Shown here: in pieces, positions 20,807 to 31,129 of the stretch
How the letters are laid out: every line of letters starts with the position of its first letter
Numbering within the stretch: the stretch's first letter is position 1
Assembly (NCBI GenBank): GCA_963733055.1
Contig: CAVTBR010000001.1
Span: forward strand, 1-64,000
Length of the DNA stretch: 64,000 nt
Reading direction: 5' to 3'
From: Candidatus Bathyarchaeota archaeon
GTDB lineage: Archaea > Thermoproteota > Bathyarchaeia > 40CM-2-53-6
Notes under the pieces: model-generated
The model's input: the letters and a program-made list of their open reading frames with translations, nothing else
Told to the model about the DNA's origin: nothing
Databases searched by the model: none
Position numbers and translations under genes: made by a program

Positions 20807-21226
20807 ATGAAGCAATTACTTCCTGACGCTTTGAAGAAATTCATGTTAGAAAAATTTGACAGAGAATACAACGGATGTGTGGGTGTTCTGGCTTCCTTGC
20901 GCACTGATGGTTCACCAAACGCGTCGCCGAAACACTTTCGCATGAGGGATGACGAGCACCTAGAATTTACTGATGTGTTCTCTCAGACCCTTGGCGACGT
21001 CTTGAAGAAGACGCCGGACGTGACGGTTACGTTCTTCGACCCGCAAGCGGTCATAGGGTTTAGAATGAGAGGAAAAGCCGTTCTCGAAACCTTCGGCCCG
21101 CTCTTTCAACAAGCAGCAAGTCAGCTGCAGAGCATGGGTTTCAAGCCCAAGGCGGTTGTTAGCATAAAGGTCGATGAAGTTCAGTCACTTAGCTTCGGAC
21201 CGAATACCGGCAAGAAGATTGGATGA
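20807..21226 (+). CDS. Pyridoxamine 5'-phosphate oxidase-like flavin-binding protein
   Basis: LASLRTDGSPNASPK, GFRMRGKA. Confidence 0.8.
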   Translation: MKQLLPDALKKFMLEKFDREYNGCVGVLASLRTDGSPNASPKHFRMRDDEHLEFTDVFSQTLGDVLKKTPDVTVTFFDPQAVIGFRMRGKAVLETFGPLFQQAASQLQSMGFKPKAVVSIKVDEVQSLSFGPNTGKKIG

Positions 21227-21278
21227 GCGAAAAGCACAGCGCAACCAATGAAAGGTCCACCTGAGTAAGATGAAGAGT

Positions 21279-21575
21279 TCAAGCATCGGCCAAGGAAGCG
21301 GACCCACCCGTTTGCGCAACTTCACGGGCTCTCCTCGCGGCTGCCATGATCAACTCCTCAACGGAAAATGCGGCCGAATGGGCGTCGATGTAGTGCACGT
21401 TCAACATTTTCCTTTCGCCGAAAACCATGTCGCAGAACAAGCACCGAAAGTCGCGTCTATCGACTGTGCCTCCCTCGCTTAGAAAGTAGATAGCCAATAT
21501 GTACACCAGATCGGGTCGTAGGTTCTTCTGGGTATATATGGTCGGTTGGAGGAAAATAACAATTTGGAGAAACAT
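21279..21575 (-). CDS. Small C2H2 zinc-finger protein (start uncertain)
   Basis: FRCLFCDMVF.....LNVHYIDAH. Confidence 0.55.
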   Translation of the reverse strand: MFLQIVIFLQPTIYTQKNLRPDLVYILAIYFLSEGGTVDRRDFRCLFCDMVFGERKMLNVHYIDAHSAAFSVEELIMAAARRAREVAQTGGSASLADA

Positions 21576-21643
21576 CTACTTCTCTACCTGCGCCTTATCT
21601 CCATTCTGAAATCAAGTAGAATATGTCCGAGTTTGATTGCTAA

Positions 21644-23506
21644 TTGAAGATCGTTGTGTGCATCAAACAGGTCCCGCGCGTCGAAGAGCTAAGATTCGAC
21701 TCTGAGAAGAAGACATTGATCCGGGAGGGGGTACATAACGAGATCAACCCATTCGACCGTCGAGCCCTAACCTTCGCAGCTACTGTGAAGAGCAAGTACG
21801 GCGGGGAGGTTGTGGTTATGACGATGGGTCCACCCCAAGCCAAGGAAGCTCTTCTTGAAGCTATGGCGATGGGCGCCGACAGGAGTTTGCATCTTCTCGA
21901 CCGAGCCTTCGCCGGGTCAGACACCCTCGCAACCGCAAGAGCGCTAGCCGCAGCCATTAGACGAGAGATGCCCATCGACCTCGTTCTATGCGGGAAATAT
22001 AGCGTTGACGCGGAGACTGGACATATCGGCCCCGAAGTTGCCGGGTTACTCGACATACCACATGTTTCGGGCGCAATTAGAGTAGAACTCCTAGGGGCAT
22101 CTCCTGGTCTTGTTGTGGTTGAAGCTGAGACGGATTATGGCGTTCAAAGGATCGAAACGCGTCTGCCCCTTCTAATTACAACGGCTGAGAGGCTAATCAA
22201 ACCCTATTCCCCTAAGCCCGATGAGGTTGAAAATGCGAAAAGCAAACCCTACCGAGTTGTTCAGGCGCAAGAACTAGGCCAAGATTCACTCTTCGGTTTC
22301 AAGGGATCCCCGACCTCTGTTTCAGAGATTTACTCCATCGAAACGAAGAGAAAATGCGAGATCATCCAGGGCGAAACGTTAACCGAAAAGGCACAGAAAC
22401 TCGTTGAGATCCTCACTACCCAAGGACTGTTCACAGGATGGAAAGTTGAAAAGGCTGCGAGCTTCCTGCCCGAGGAATCTCGCAACATTACCGGGAATAG
22501 AGCATTTTGGGTGGTCACGGAAATTGTTCAAAGACAAATTCGACCTGTAACGTATGAGTTGTTGGGTAAAGGATTAAAGCTAGCAACAAAGCTCGAGAGC
22601 GAGCTTTGCGCCTTAGTTTTCGGTGAAGCGACTGAGGATCAGATTCAAAGCGTCATAACTCGCGGCGCTGACAAGGTCTTAGTTCTAAAGAATGAGCAGT
22701 TAGTTCAGTATTCAAACGATGCATACGCTGACGCCTTGGCTCAAACCTTAACGAAGTACAAGCCCTTCGCGGTAATTGGAGGGTCAACTTCGTTTGGTCG
22801 GGACTTGATGCCACGAGTTGCGGCGCGCCTCGGGCTCGGGATGACTAGTGATTGCATTGGCCTCGAACTAGATGCTCAACAGCAATTGATTCAGCTGAAA
22901 CCCGCCTTTGGAGGAAATATCGTTGCACCCATAATTAGCAAGACACTCCCCAAAATGGCAACCATCCGCCCTGGAATGCTAACCCCACCACAAGCGAATC
23001 GCTCGCGAAAAGGGGAGATCGTTGAGGTACGGTTAACTGGAATTAAACCAGTCTCACATGTTGTTAGCGAGGAGTTTCGATCAGATCGTGACGCGCTAAG
23101 GTTGGATAACGCAGAAGTTATCGTTGCGGTTGGAGCTGGGGTTGGTGGCCCCCAAAACCTATCCGCGATAAACCAGCTTGCAAGCATATTGGGTTCGCCG
23201 ATAGCTGCGACTAGGAAGGTCGTTGACCTCGGATGGCTTCCCAGCCAGCTCCAAGTGGGCTTGACCGGAAAATCTGTCGCCCCGAGATTATACATCGCCG
23301 TAGCCATCAGAGGAGCGTTCAACCACATGGTGGGCGTTGGACGCGCGAAGACCGTAGTGGCCATAAACAACGACCCCAACGCGCCAATCTTCAAAAACTG
23401 TGACTACGGAATCATCGGTGACTATGCAGAGGTCGTTCCGGTCCTGAATGAAGAGTTGAGCATAGCCAAGGCGAGAATGGCAGGGATCAACCGACCAAGA
23501 GCTTAA
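21644..23506 (+). CDS. Fused electron transfer flavoprotein beta-alpha
   Basis: N-terminal VCIKQVP, GSDTLAT (beta); C-terminal PAFGGNI, QVGLTGKSVAP, AINNDPNAPIF (alpha). Confidence 0.92.
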   Translation: MKIVVCIKQVPRVEELRFDSEKKTLIREGVHNEINPFDRRALTFAATVKSKYGGEVVVMTMGPPQAKEALLEAMAMGADRSLHLLDRAFAGSDTLATARALAAAIRREMPIDLVLCGKYSVDAETGHIGPEVAGLLDIPHVSGAIRVELLGASPGLVVVEAETDYGVQRIETRLPLLITTAERLIKPYSPKPDEVENAKSKPYRVVQAQELGQDSLFGFKGSPTSVSEIYSIETKRKCEIIQGETLTEKAQKLVEILTTQGLFTGWKVEKAASFLPEESRNITGNRAFWVVTEIVQRQIRPVTYELLGKGLKLATKLESELCALVFGEATEDQIQSVITRGADKVLVLKNEQLVQYSNDAYADALAQTLTKYKPFAVIGGSTSFGRDLMPRVAARLGLGMTSDCIGLELDAQQQLIQLKPAFGGNIVAPIISKTLPKMATIRPGMLTPPQANRSRKGEIVEVRLTGIKPVSHVVSEEFRSDRDALRLDNAEVIVAVGAGVGGPQNLSAINQLASILGSPIAATRKVVDLGWLPSQLQVGLTGKSVAPRLYIAVAIRGAFNHMVGVGRAKTVVAINNDPNAPIFKNCDYGIIGDYAEVVPVLNEELSIAKARMAGINRPRA

Positions 23507-23540
23507 GAGCACTGAATGATTCTAGAACTCCGTCCGAAAA

Positions 23541-23867
23541 ATGTTCCTAGTCAGAGCGTGCAAGCAATCTGACGTATCCCCAGGCACGGTCAAACTCGTT
23601 AAAGCTGACGGGAAAGATTTGGTTCTCTCCAATGTCGACGGAACTTTCTTCGTAATGGACAATTGGTGCACTCACGAGCAAGGCAACTTAAGCGAAGGAC
23701 AACTCAACGGGAACATCCTAACCTGCCCCGATCATGGAGCGAAGTTCGATGTGAGGACCGGCAAGGTTCTAGGCGGACCGGACGGCGACTCCCCTGACAC
23801 TATACAACCTGAGAAGTCTTACAAGGTAAGCGTTCAGGGCGACGATGTGATGATCGAGATTCCCTAG
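23541..23867 (+). CDS. Rieske [2Fe-2S] ferredoxin
   Basis: CTH...CPDH Rieske motif. Confidence 0.9.
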   Translation: MFLVRACKQSDVSPGTVKLVKADGKDLVLSNVDGTFFVMDNWCTHEQGNLSEGQLNGNILTCPDHGAKFDVRTGKVLGGPDGDSPDTIQPEKSYKVSVQGDDVMIEIP

Positions 23868-24406
23868 CTGTTCAATCCCAGAGAACTCGTGTACGCATGA
23901 TATCTGAGTTGCCCATCAACAATGGTAGCACACTGTGTGTATTGATGTTCCTGAGTATGCTTTTGGTCGAGAATATGTGTGACTTCAATCCCTTTTGACT
24001 TCAGATAGTCGGCTATCATGGAGCGGTGGCATCTCCAGTAGAGACTTTCGGCACACATTAACGCAACAGTTGCGTTCTCACCTAGCTGAATTAGTTGTCC
24101 GGTTCCCTCCGTGAATTGTTCCGTTTCCATATAGTCTGCGTAATTTCTGAAGGAAATGTTCTTCCAACAAGTGTTCTTGGATAGCTTGCCCAACCCTTCC
24201 CTTCGCCCACCGAGTTTCTCCAACCACACGTACTGAATTCCACACTTGGCTAACTCCGGTCCGATTGCATCTGTGTTGAATTGTGGGTTCTTGAAGGATC
24301 TAGGAAACCTTCGGACGTCTGCTAGGGTGAGGATTTGATGAGCGGCGAGTATTTTGCATAATCCGTCGACGGTCCGGGTGGAATGCCCTATTGTGAAGAT
24401 GCGCAA
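23864..24406 (-). CDS. DUF488 family protein
   Basis: IFTIGHS, DVRRFP, LGGRR, MCAE...WRCHR. Confidence 0.88.
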   Translation of the reverse strand: MRIFTIGHSTRTVDGLCKILAAHQILTLADVRRFPRSFKNPQFNTDAIGPELAKCGIQYVWLEKLGGRREGLGKLSKNTCWKNISFRNYADYMETEQFTEGTGQLIQLGENATVALMCAESLYWRCHRSMIADYLKSKGIEVTHILDQKHTQEHQYTQCATIVDGQLRYHAYTSSLGLNS

Positions 24407-24437
24407 ATCGATTCGACGAATGTATTCAGGTATTAGT

Positions 24438-25889
24438 CTACATCACTTCGACATCATGCGGATAACTTTCCTTAAGCCCCGCGGGAGAAATACGCACAAA
24501 TTCACCTTTCCCACGCAGTTGAGAGATTTCCGTAGCTCCGCAGTAACTCAGGCCCGATCTCAACCCGCCCACGAGTTGATTTATGAGCTCGGAAGCAGTT
24601 CCTTTGAATGGAACGAAAGCTTCCACGCCTTCGGGAACATAATCAAGTAACTCTACGGCATCATCGTTTTCCAGTTGGTCAGGTTCGCGAGCGGCCCTAT
24701 CATAGGACGCTGCCACAGAAGCCATTCCGCGGACGAGTTTGTATTTCCTTCCCTCTCTCATTACCGTTATACCTGGACTTTGTTCCGTCCCTGCCAGCAG
24801 GCCACCGATCATGACCGTAGAGGCCCCAGCAGCGATTGCCTTGGTAATATCTCCGGAGTTTCGTGTGCCGCCGTCCGCTATTACTGGTACTTTCGCATCA
24901 TCCGCGACCTTAGCACATTCCATTATGGCGGTGAGCTGTGGAACCCCCGCGCCTGTTACGATTCTTGTGATGCAAATTGACCCAGACCCGATTCCGATTT
25001 TGACCGCGTCTGCTCCTGCTTTGATCAGGTCGTTTGTTCCTTCCTTCGTGGCAACGTTTCCAGCCATCAGCTCGGCCTTCGGGAGAGACTTCTTAACCCC
25101 GCGGATGACCTCGAGCGTGATGTCCGAGTGGGCGTGAGCGATGTCAAGTACGAGTATGTCCACGCCCGCCTGATGAAGGGCCCTAGCGCGTTCCAAGTAA
25201 TCCGGCTTAACGCCAATCGCCGCGCCAACCATGAGCCTTCCCTTCTTGTCCTTTGAGCTGTTTGGGTACTGTTCGAGGTTGAGGATATCTCGACTTGTTA
25301 TCAAACCTCGTAACTTCCCGTCTTTGCCGATAAGAGGCAATTTCTCTAGTTTGTTTTTGTGAAGTATCCGTTCAGCTTCCTGAAGGGTTGTGTTCGGAGG
25401 AGCAGTCACCATATCTTTGACGGGCGTCATCATTTCTGCAACTTTCTTTTCTAAGTCGCGTTCGAAGAGGATGTCACGGGCGGTTAGGATACCGTTCAGT
25501 TGACCGCGTTTGTTTAGGATTAGTAGGCCGGAGACTCCGCGTTGAGACATTAGGCGTTTTGCGTCTTTCAGTTTCTCATTTCCCGTCAGACTGTAGGGTT
25601 GATCGATCACAATGCTTTCGGAACGCTTGACTTTCAGAACCTCCTCAACTTGGTGTTCGATGGACATGAATCGATGAATGATTCCAATACCGCCGGCGCG
25701 CGCCATCGTAATCGCCATCGCATGCTCGGTGACGGTATCCATTGGAGAGCTAACGATAGGAATCGTCAACTCGATGTGGCGGGAGAGTTTAGTGTTTGTG
25801 TGAACATCCTTCCGAGAATGAACACTGGTCTTCTTGGGGACGAGTAAAACATCATCGAAAGTTAAACCGTCTACGACTTTGAATGACAA
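24438..25889 (-). CDS. guaB: IMP dehydrogenase
   Basis: [13 protein letters not shown] pair, [16 protein letters not shown]. Confidence 0.95.
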   Translation of the reverse strand: MSFKVVDGLTFDDVLLVPKKTSVHSRKDVHTNTKLSRHIELTIPIVSSPMDTVTEHAMAITMARAGGIGIIHRFMSIEHQVEEVLKVKRSESIVIDQPYSLTGNEKLKDAKRLMSQRGVSGLLILNKRGQLNGILTARDILFERDLEKKVAEMMTPVKDMVTAPPNTTLQEAERILHKNKLEKLPLIGKDGKLRGLITSRDILNLEQYPNSSKDKKGRLMVGAAIGVKPDYLERARALHQAGVDILVLDIAHAHSDITLEVIRGVKKSLPKAELMAGNVATKEGTNDLIKAGADAVKIGIGSGSICITRIVTGAGVPQLTAIMECAKVADDAKVPVIADGGTRNSGDITKAIAAGASTVMIGGLLAGTEQSPGITVMREGRKYKLVRGMASVAASYDRAAREPDQLENDDAVELLDYVPEGVEAFVPFKGTASELINQLVGGLRSGLSYCGATEISQLRGKGEFVRISPAGLKESYPHDVEVM

Positions 25890-26128
25890 TTGTGATACCT
25901 GACTTATCTGATTGCAGTGATTTGCATTGGGGAGATACCTAGTGCCTGGATCTGCGAGAAACGGAAAACTCTCGATTCACCGGGCCTCAATAACATGCCC
26001 GTTACTCAACCTCAGATTTGAGTCCAATTTTAACTTTCAGCGAATACTATCTCTGAAATGATTCGACCGGCTCAAAATCAGTTTAGGTTAAATATGCCAT
26101 ATGTCATGACAGAGGCCAGTGAACTTCC

Positions 26129-26986
26129 ATGTCTCAAACAAGTGCCTACAAGCATCCTGAAGTTCTCGTCGATACAGCGTGGGTAAGCGAGCATCTCAAA
26201 GATTCAAACGTCCGCGTAGCTGAGGTTGACTACGACCCCACAGCCAACTACAACCTCGGTCATATTCCCGGCACAGTCCTCTTCGACTGGAGAAAAGACA
26301 TGAACGACCCGCTCACACGCGACATCCTCAGCAAGCAGCAACTAGAAGACCTGCTCTCAAGAGCCGGTGTCGGACCTAACACCACTCTCGTCCTCTATGG
26401 TGACTTCAACAACTGGTTTGCCGCTTTCGCATTCTGGATTCTCAAATACTACGGCGTAGAGAAAGTCGTCCTGATGAATGGGGGCCGTAAGAAATGGCTA
26501 GCGGAAGATAGAGAAGTAACGAAGGAAAGCCCGCACCCTCCCAAAGCCACGTTCAAGGCGAAGGGACCAGACGAAACAATCAGAACTTACCTAGACAATA
26601 TGAAGAAAGATCTAGGACAACAAAACATAGTGCTCGTAGATGTCCGAAGCCCCGCGGAATTCACTGGAGAGATAACCGCCCCTCCCGAATACCCAAACGA
26701 ACACGCACAGCGCGGAGGCCACATCCCAGGCGCGGTGAACATACCTTGGTCTCAGGCCGTCAAGGAGGATGGGACATTCAAACCCGCAGAAGAACTCGCA
26801 AAATTGTACCAAACTAAAGGTGTCACGTCCGATAAGGATGTCGTCACATACTGTAGAATCGGCGAACGATCATCATTCTCATGGTTCGTTCTGAAGTATC
26901 TACTCGGCTACCCGAACGTCAAGAACTATGACGGATCATGGACCGAATGGGGAAACATGGTCCGCAACCCAATCCAGAAACCCTAG
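26129..26986 (+). CDS. Double-domain rhodanese/thiosulfate sulfurtransferase
   Basis: GHIPG twice, active-site YCRIGER, YDGSWTEW. Confidence 0.93.
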   Translation: MSQTSAYKHPEVLVDTAWVSEHLKDSNVRVAEVDYDPTANYNLGHIPGTVLFDWRKDMNDPLTRDILSKQQLEDLLSRAGVGPNTTLVLYGDFNNWFAAFAFWILKYYGVEKVVLMNGGRKKWLAEDREVTKESPHPPKATFKAKGPDETIRTYLDNMKKDLGQQNIVLVDVRSPAEFTGEITAPPEYPNEHAQRGGHIPGAVNIPWSQAVKEDGTFKPAEELAKLYQTKGVTSDKDVVTYCRIGERSSFSWFVLKYLLGYPNVKNYDGSWTEWGNMVRNPIQKP

Positions 26987-27649
26987 AATTTCACTTTCTT
27001 CACGATAAAATGCATCAACTTCCCTTCCTTCCTGGATTCGAGGACAGCTTGACCCGTTTCATCTGACCATCTCTCCATCTCAATATCAGCGGTCGGGTCG
27101 TCAGATACCACATGAACGACTTCACCAAGCTTGCAACGCTCCATTAACTCATTCAATCGGATAAGAACCGCGGCGCATTCGGTCCCGATCTCCCACATTT
27201 CGTAATCTGGATAAGCCTTGAAACACCGGACACGCAGCTCACCAATCTGCTTCCTAATCCTCTCTGAAGCGTTTCTCGGTTCGACGAGAAATTGCCGATC
27301 ACCCGGAAGGCTGGGCTCAACTTCTGCGAACCACCCGAGAGAGTAAGGCGAATCGTTTGCGAGCTTAGGTTCCCCCTCCAGTTTAGAATTAACAGCGACT
27401 AGAGTTCCTGCCAGTGGCGATCTAACGACACCGAAATACCTTACACTTTCAATCGTCGCAACGCTTTGAGATCTGTTGAGGCTTGAACCGATTTGTTTGA
27501 ATTTCACTTGGTTGATTCTCCCCGCGAGGGCGGCGTGCACACTAGTTATTCCAAGCTTTGCACGTTTTTGAGAATCGAATCTGACCCACACGTTGTTCTC
27601 GAGATCGTAGAGCGCAGTCATCTGGAAACTCGCAGTGATCGATCTGCAA
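26983..27649 (-). CDS. GcvH-like domain fused to a TusA/SirA-like domain, apparent +1 frameshift near 27613-27617
   Basis: MQIDHCEFPDD / LYDLENNVWV..LGIT..TIESVR..SPLAG..VN..P.LANDSPY..GW, then GTECAAV..VVSDDPTADIEMERW..G. Confidence 0.75.
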
Positions 27650-27667
27650 TCATGTATTCCTTTCCAA

Positions 27668-28687
27668 TTATGCTTGACTTTGAATGGTAGAAAGAGAGCG
27701 ATCGGGTTCGTACCTAACACCTCGAACTATTCTTGGCGATCCTAGTCGTTCCATCAAGAGTTCGTTGATACTAAGTTTACAAGTAGAATCCGTCTCTGGC
27801 TCAAATCCCGTTATTCGAAGCACCGCCTTGCTATCCATCGTGACATTTCTTAGTCCTCCGTACGATTTCTCTACTACGTTGACGATAGCGGAGACTTTCG
27901 CACCAGATTTCTCGACGAGTTGAATACATGCATTGCGTGTTCGTCCCGTGAATCCGACGTCATCAAATATTATCACGTGGTCATCCTTTAGAATGGAGCC
28001 CTTTGGTATCGCAAAGTAATGTTCGGTTTTTTTCGTCGCGGAGGGTACCTGCACGTCGCCGGTGATTGTTCCACGCCAGGTCCTAGGCACCTGGGGCTTT
28101 GCCTTATCGTAGACCTTTACGGCTCTCACAAAACTCAGACCCGCGATACTTGCGTAGACTGCGGCTAGTGGAGGTCCAGAAGCTTCAGGAGAAAGTACCT
28201 TTGTAGCTGTTCTCCCAAGCTTCGGTCTAAGAACATATTTTACAATGTCCCCGAAGAATGGAGCGTCGAAATTTTGGTTAATGAAGGGTACATCCAGTCC
28301 ACCATCTGCGAGGACTGAGAATTGTTGCGGATCGATTAAATGAGCTATTAGCCTCTCTTCCAGGTTTTTTATTCGCTCCTGAAACTTTGAGAGGAGTGTT
28401 ACTTCGTTTGAGGCCACAAGAACTGAATCTCCTATCTTAGGCAGGTATACCTGAAGAGCAAAACCCAGAATATCTGTCTCTCTCGGTTGTTTAATGAGTT
28501 GCTGATACCGATCAACGGCTAGACCATGCTCCGACACTTGAGCCGGGAAGCGGTCTATCTTAGTCACGGTCCCGATTTCGCCTCTTATCGCCTCCGAGGC
28601 GAGAACCGCGTCATCGTTGATCCGAACTTGATCATTCTCTTTGAAGGTGAGTACTCCCGACTCACGCCCGGGAATCGGATCGGTCAT
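27668..28687 (-). CDS. Purine phosphoribosyltransferase-like protein with N-terminal extension
   Basis: VPFINQ, PEASG, IIFDDVGFTGRT PRPP motif. Confidence 0.7.
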   Translation of the reverse strand: MTDPIPGRESGVLTFKENDQVRINDDAVLASEAIRGEIGTVTKIDRFPAQVSEHGLAVDRYQQLIKQPRETDILGFALQVYLPKIGDSVLVASNEVTLLSKFQERIKNLEERLIAHLIDPQQFSVLADGGLDVPFINQNFDAPFFGDIVKYVLRPKLGRTATKVLSPEASGPPLAAVYASIAGLSFVRAVKVYDKAKPQVPRTWRGTITGDVQVPSATKKTEHYFAIPKGSILKDDHVIIFDDVGFTGRTRNACIQLVEKSGAKVSAIVNVVEKSYGGLRNVTMDSKAVLRITGFEPETDSTCKLSINELLMERLGSPRIVRGVRYEPDRSLSTIQSQA

Positions 28688-28764
28688 CCTTCAAGGCCTG
28701 CAGATTAGAATCCCCACCCTGTTTAAGAATCATTGCAAATGAATCCGCAGAACGGTCGCACGGT

Positions 28765-29970
28765 ATGATTCGAAAGTACCTTTCCAACCTGCCTAGACGC
28801 CGCCACTTCTGGTTCCTCATGTCGAACATCGCGGTTACAGGATTAGCGTCCACAATGTTCAGTCCATTTCTTCCCGTCTTTCTGTATCACCAGCTAGGAA
28901 TATCGGTCGGTGCGGTATCACTACTCTACTTTGTCAGCGGTCTAGTGGGCACCATCACAGTTGTCCTCGTCGGATGGCTAATTGACAGGATTGGAAGAAG
29001 GAAAGTATACGTCTTCGGAGACTCAAGCGCGGCTATAATCCCCGCCGCACTCTCCCTGACTAGAACATTCAGCCAGGCACTGCCTGTCATCTCACTGTCC
29101 GGGGTTATGGATGCGGCCTCACGAACTTCACAGACTACAATCATAGCTGACCAAGTTGAAGAAGGAAAGAGAACGACAGCATACGGAATCAGCAGAATCG
29201 TCGCGAATTGTTCGTGGATAGTGGCGCCATTACTCGGCGGTGCTATACTCGCTGGCGGCAACAACTTCCAAGGCCTATTCTTAACATCATCCTTGCTTGG
29301 GATAGCAGGCCTAGCACTCTTCATCGGACTCGTACCCGAGTCAAGAAAAACGGGGTTAGAAAAACCCAAGCTTCCAAGAATCGGGGTATTGAAGGACCGC
29401 CGGCTGCTTGTGCTCTGTGTGGCTTCGCTCTTCGCGATGTTGTTCTATACACAGTTCTACTCCCTCCTGCCAATTTTCGCAATACAAGTCAAGGGATTGA
29501 ATAGCCTGCAGGTAGGGGCGCTGTTCTCTATTTCAGGAGTTACGGTGGTCGTGTTTCAGTTGCCGACTTCACGCTGGCTAGAAAAGATCCCTGATCAGAC
29601 GGGCTACATTTTAGGAGTCGTCGTGATGGCGGCGGGCATAACGAGCCTAGCTCTGGCCCCAACGTTCTACTGGCTACTTCTCGCAGTCGTGGTCATGACG
29701 TTAGGGGAGAATATGTTCTTCCCAATTGCCTCCACGATGGTAACGGAGATCTCGCCTGAACCAGAGCGTGGGATGTATGTTGGTGTATTGAACCTCTTCC
29801 TCAGCTTAGGAGCGAACATTTCGCCCTTGCTTGGAGGGACCATTTGGCAATTGACTGGGAACGCAAGCCTTCCTTGGTTGCTGAGCCCACTCTACGCCGC
29901 CGTTTCCATCGTGCTCGCAGCGATTTTCAAGATTGGAGGCAGAGAAAGAGTACAACTTAGAACAGGATAG
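28765..29970 (+). CDS. MFS transporter
   Basis: GWLIDRIGRR motif A, about 12 TM helices. Confidence 0.9.
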   Translation: MIRKYLSNLPRRRHFWFLMSNIAVTGLASTMFSPFLPVFLYHQLGISVGAVSLLYFVSGLVGTITVVLVGWLIDRIGRRKVYVFGDSSAAIIPAALSLTRTFSQALPVISLSGVMDAASRTSQTTIIADQVEEGKRTTAYGISRIVANCSWIVAPLLGGAILAGGNNFQGLFLTSSLLGIAGLALFIGLVPESRKTGLEKPKLPRIGVLKDRRLLVLCVASLFAMLFYTQFYSLLPIFAIQVKGLNSLQVGALFSISGVTVVVFQLPTSRWLEKIPDQTGYILGVVVMAAGITSLALAPTFYWLLLAVVVMTLGENMFFPIASTMVTEISPEPERGMYVGVLNLFLSLGANISPLLGGTIWQLTGNASLPWLLSPLYAAVSIVLAAIFKIGGRERVQLRTG

Positions 29971-30016
29971 AGGCGTGGTAATAAGCAAGTGCCTTGAGAA
30001 AGTCGGCGACACCCAA

Positions 30017-31129
30017 ATGATTGTAGCTAAGGGCCTAGAAGGCGTCATCGTTGACACGAGTTCTATTTGCCTAATAGATGGAAATGCCGGGCGACTCATC
30101 TATCGAGGTTACGACATTCACGATTTGGCCTCCAACCTGTCCTTCGAGGAAGTAGCATATCTTCTTTGGAAGGGCGACTTACCTAACCAAAAACAGCTGG
30201 AAGAACTAAGAACTCAGCTGGATCAACAACGGCCCATCCCCGAGAACTTGAAAGCAGCTATTCGAAATCTCCCTAAATCGTCAAACAGTCTCGACGTCCT
30301 TCGGACGGCCATATCGATTCTTGGAACCGGAATTCCCCTCAAAACTCCGGACATGGCTGATGCAATCGCGATAACAGCTAAGATTCCTACAATCAACGCT
30401 GCGTTCGATCGCATTCGCAAAGGCCAAGAACCTGTCGAGCCGCGCAGCGGACTTAGCCATGCCGCCAATTACCTCTACGTGTTGACCGGCCGCGAGCCAG
30501 ACGCGGCCAAGGTTGAGGCTCTAAACAGGTATCTCATCGTTCTCGCCGATCACGGTATGAATTCATCGACATTCACCGCCAGGGTTGTCGCGTCAACATG
30601 GTCGGACATGTACTCAGCCATAACCGCGGCCATCGGAGCCTTGAAAGGACCCCTCCACGGCGGCGCCCCCGCTCCCGTACTTCAAATGTTGAAAGACATC
30701 GGAAGACCTGAACACGCCGAGCCGTGGATAAGAGACTCGTTGAACGCGGGAAAAAGATTGATGGGATTTGGACACAGAGTCTACCGTACTACCGACCCAC
30801 GTGCTGAAATCCTCAGAGAAGTCGCGAGCAAAACCGCCGAAAAGAACTTCTTTGAACTCGCATGCAAGGTCGAGGAAACGGGAATTCGAATTTTGCAAGG
30901 AGAGAGGCCTCGCAAGAAGTTGTACACTAACGTAGAATTCTACTCAGCGGTCGTAATGGACTCAGTCGGCCTGCCGCCCGATCTATTCACGTCAACGTTT
31001 GCAGCCAGCCGAAGCGTTGGATGGTCGGCGAACGTGCTTGAGCAGGTGGCTAATAATAGGTTGATTCGACCTGAAACCGAATATACTGGGCCACGGGATC
31101 GAAAAGTTATGCCAATCGAGAAACGTTAG
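30017..31129 (+). CDS. Citrate/2-methylcitrate synthase
   Basis: GLEGV, DHGMNSSTF, GPLHGGA, GFGHRVY, NVEFYS; start at ATG 30017. Confidence 0.93.
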   Translation: MIVAKGLEGVIVDTSSICLIDGNAGRLIYRGYDIHDLASNLSFEEVAYLLWKGDLPNQKQLEELRTQLDQQRPIPENLKAAIRNLPKSSNSLDVLRTAISILGTGIPLKTPDMADAIAITAKIPTINAAFDRIRKGQEPVEPRSGLSHAANYLYVLTGREPDAAKVEALNRYLIVLADHGMNSSTFTARVVASTWSDMYSAITAAIGALKGPLHGGAPAPVLQMLKDIGRPEHAEPWIRDSLNAGKRLMGFGHRVYRTTDPRAEILREVASKTAEKNFFELACKVEETGIRILQGERPRKKLYTNVEFYSAVVMDSVGLPPDLFTSTFAASRSVGWSANVLEQVANNRLIRPETEYTGPRDRKVMPIEKR

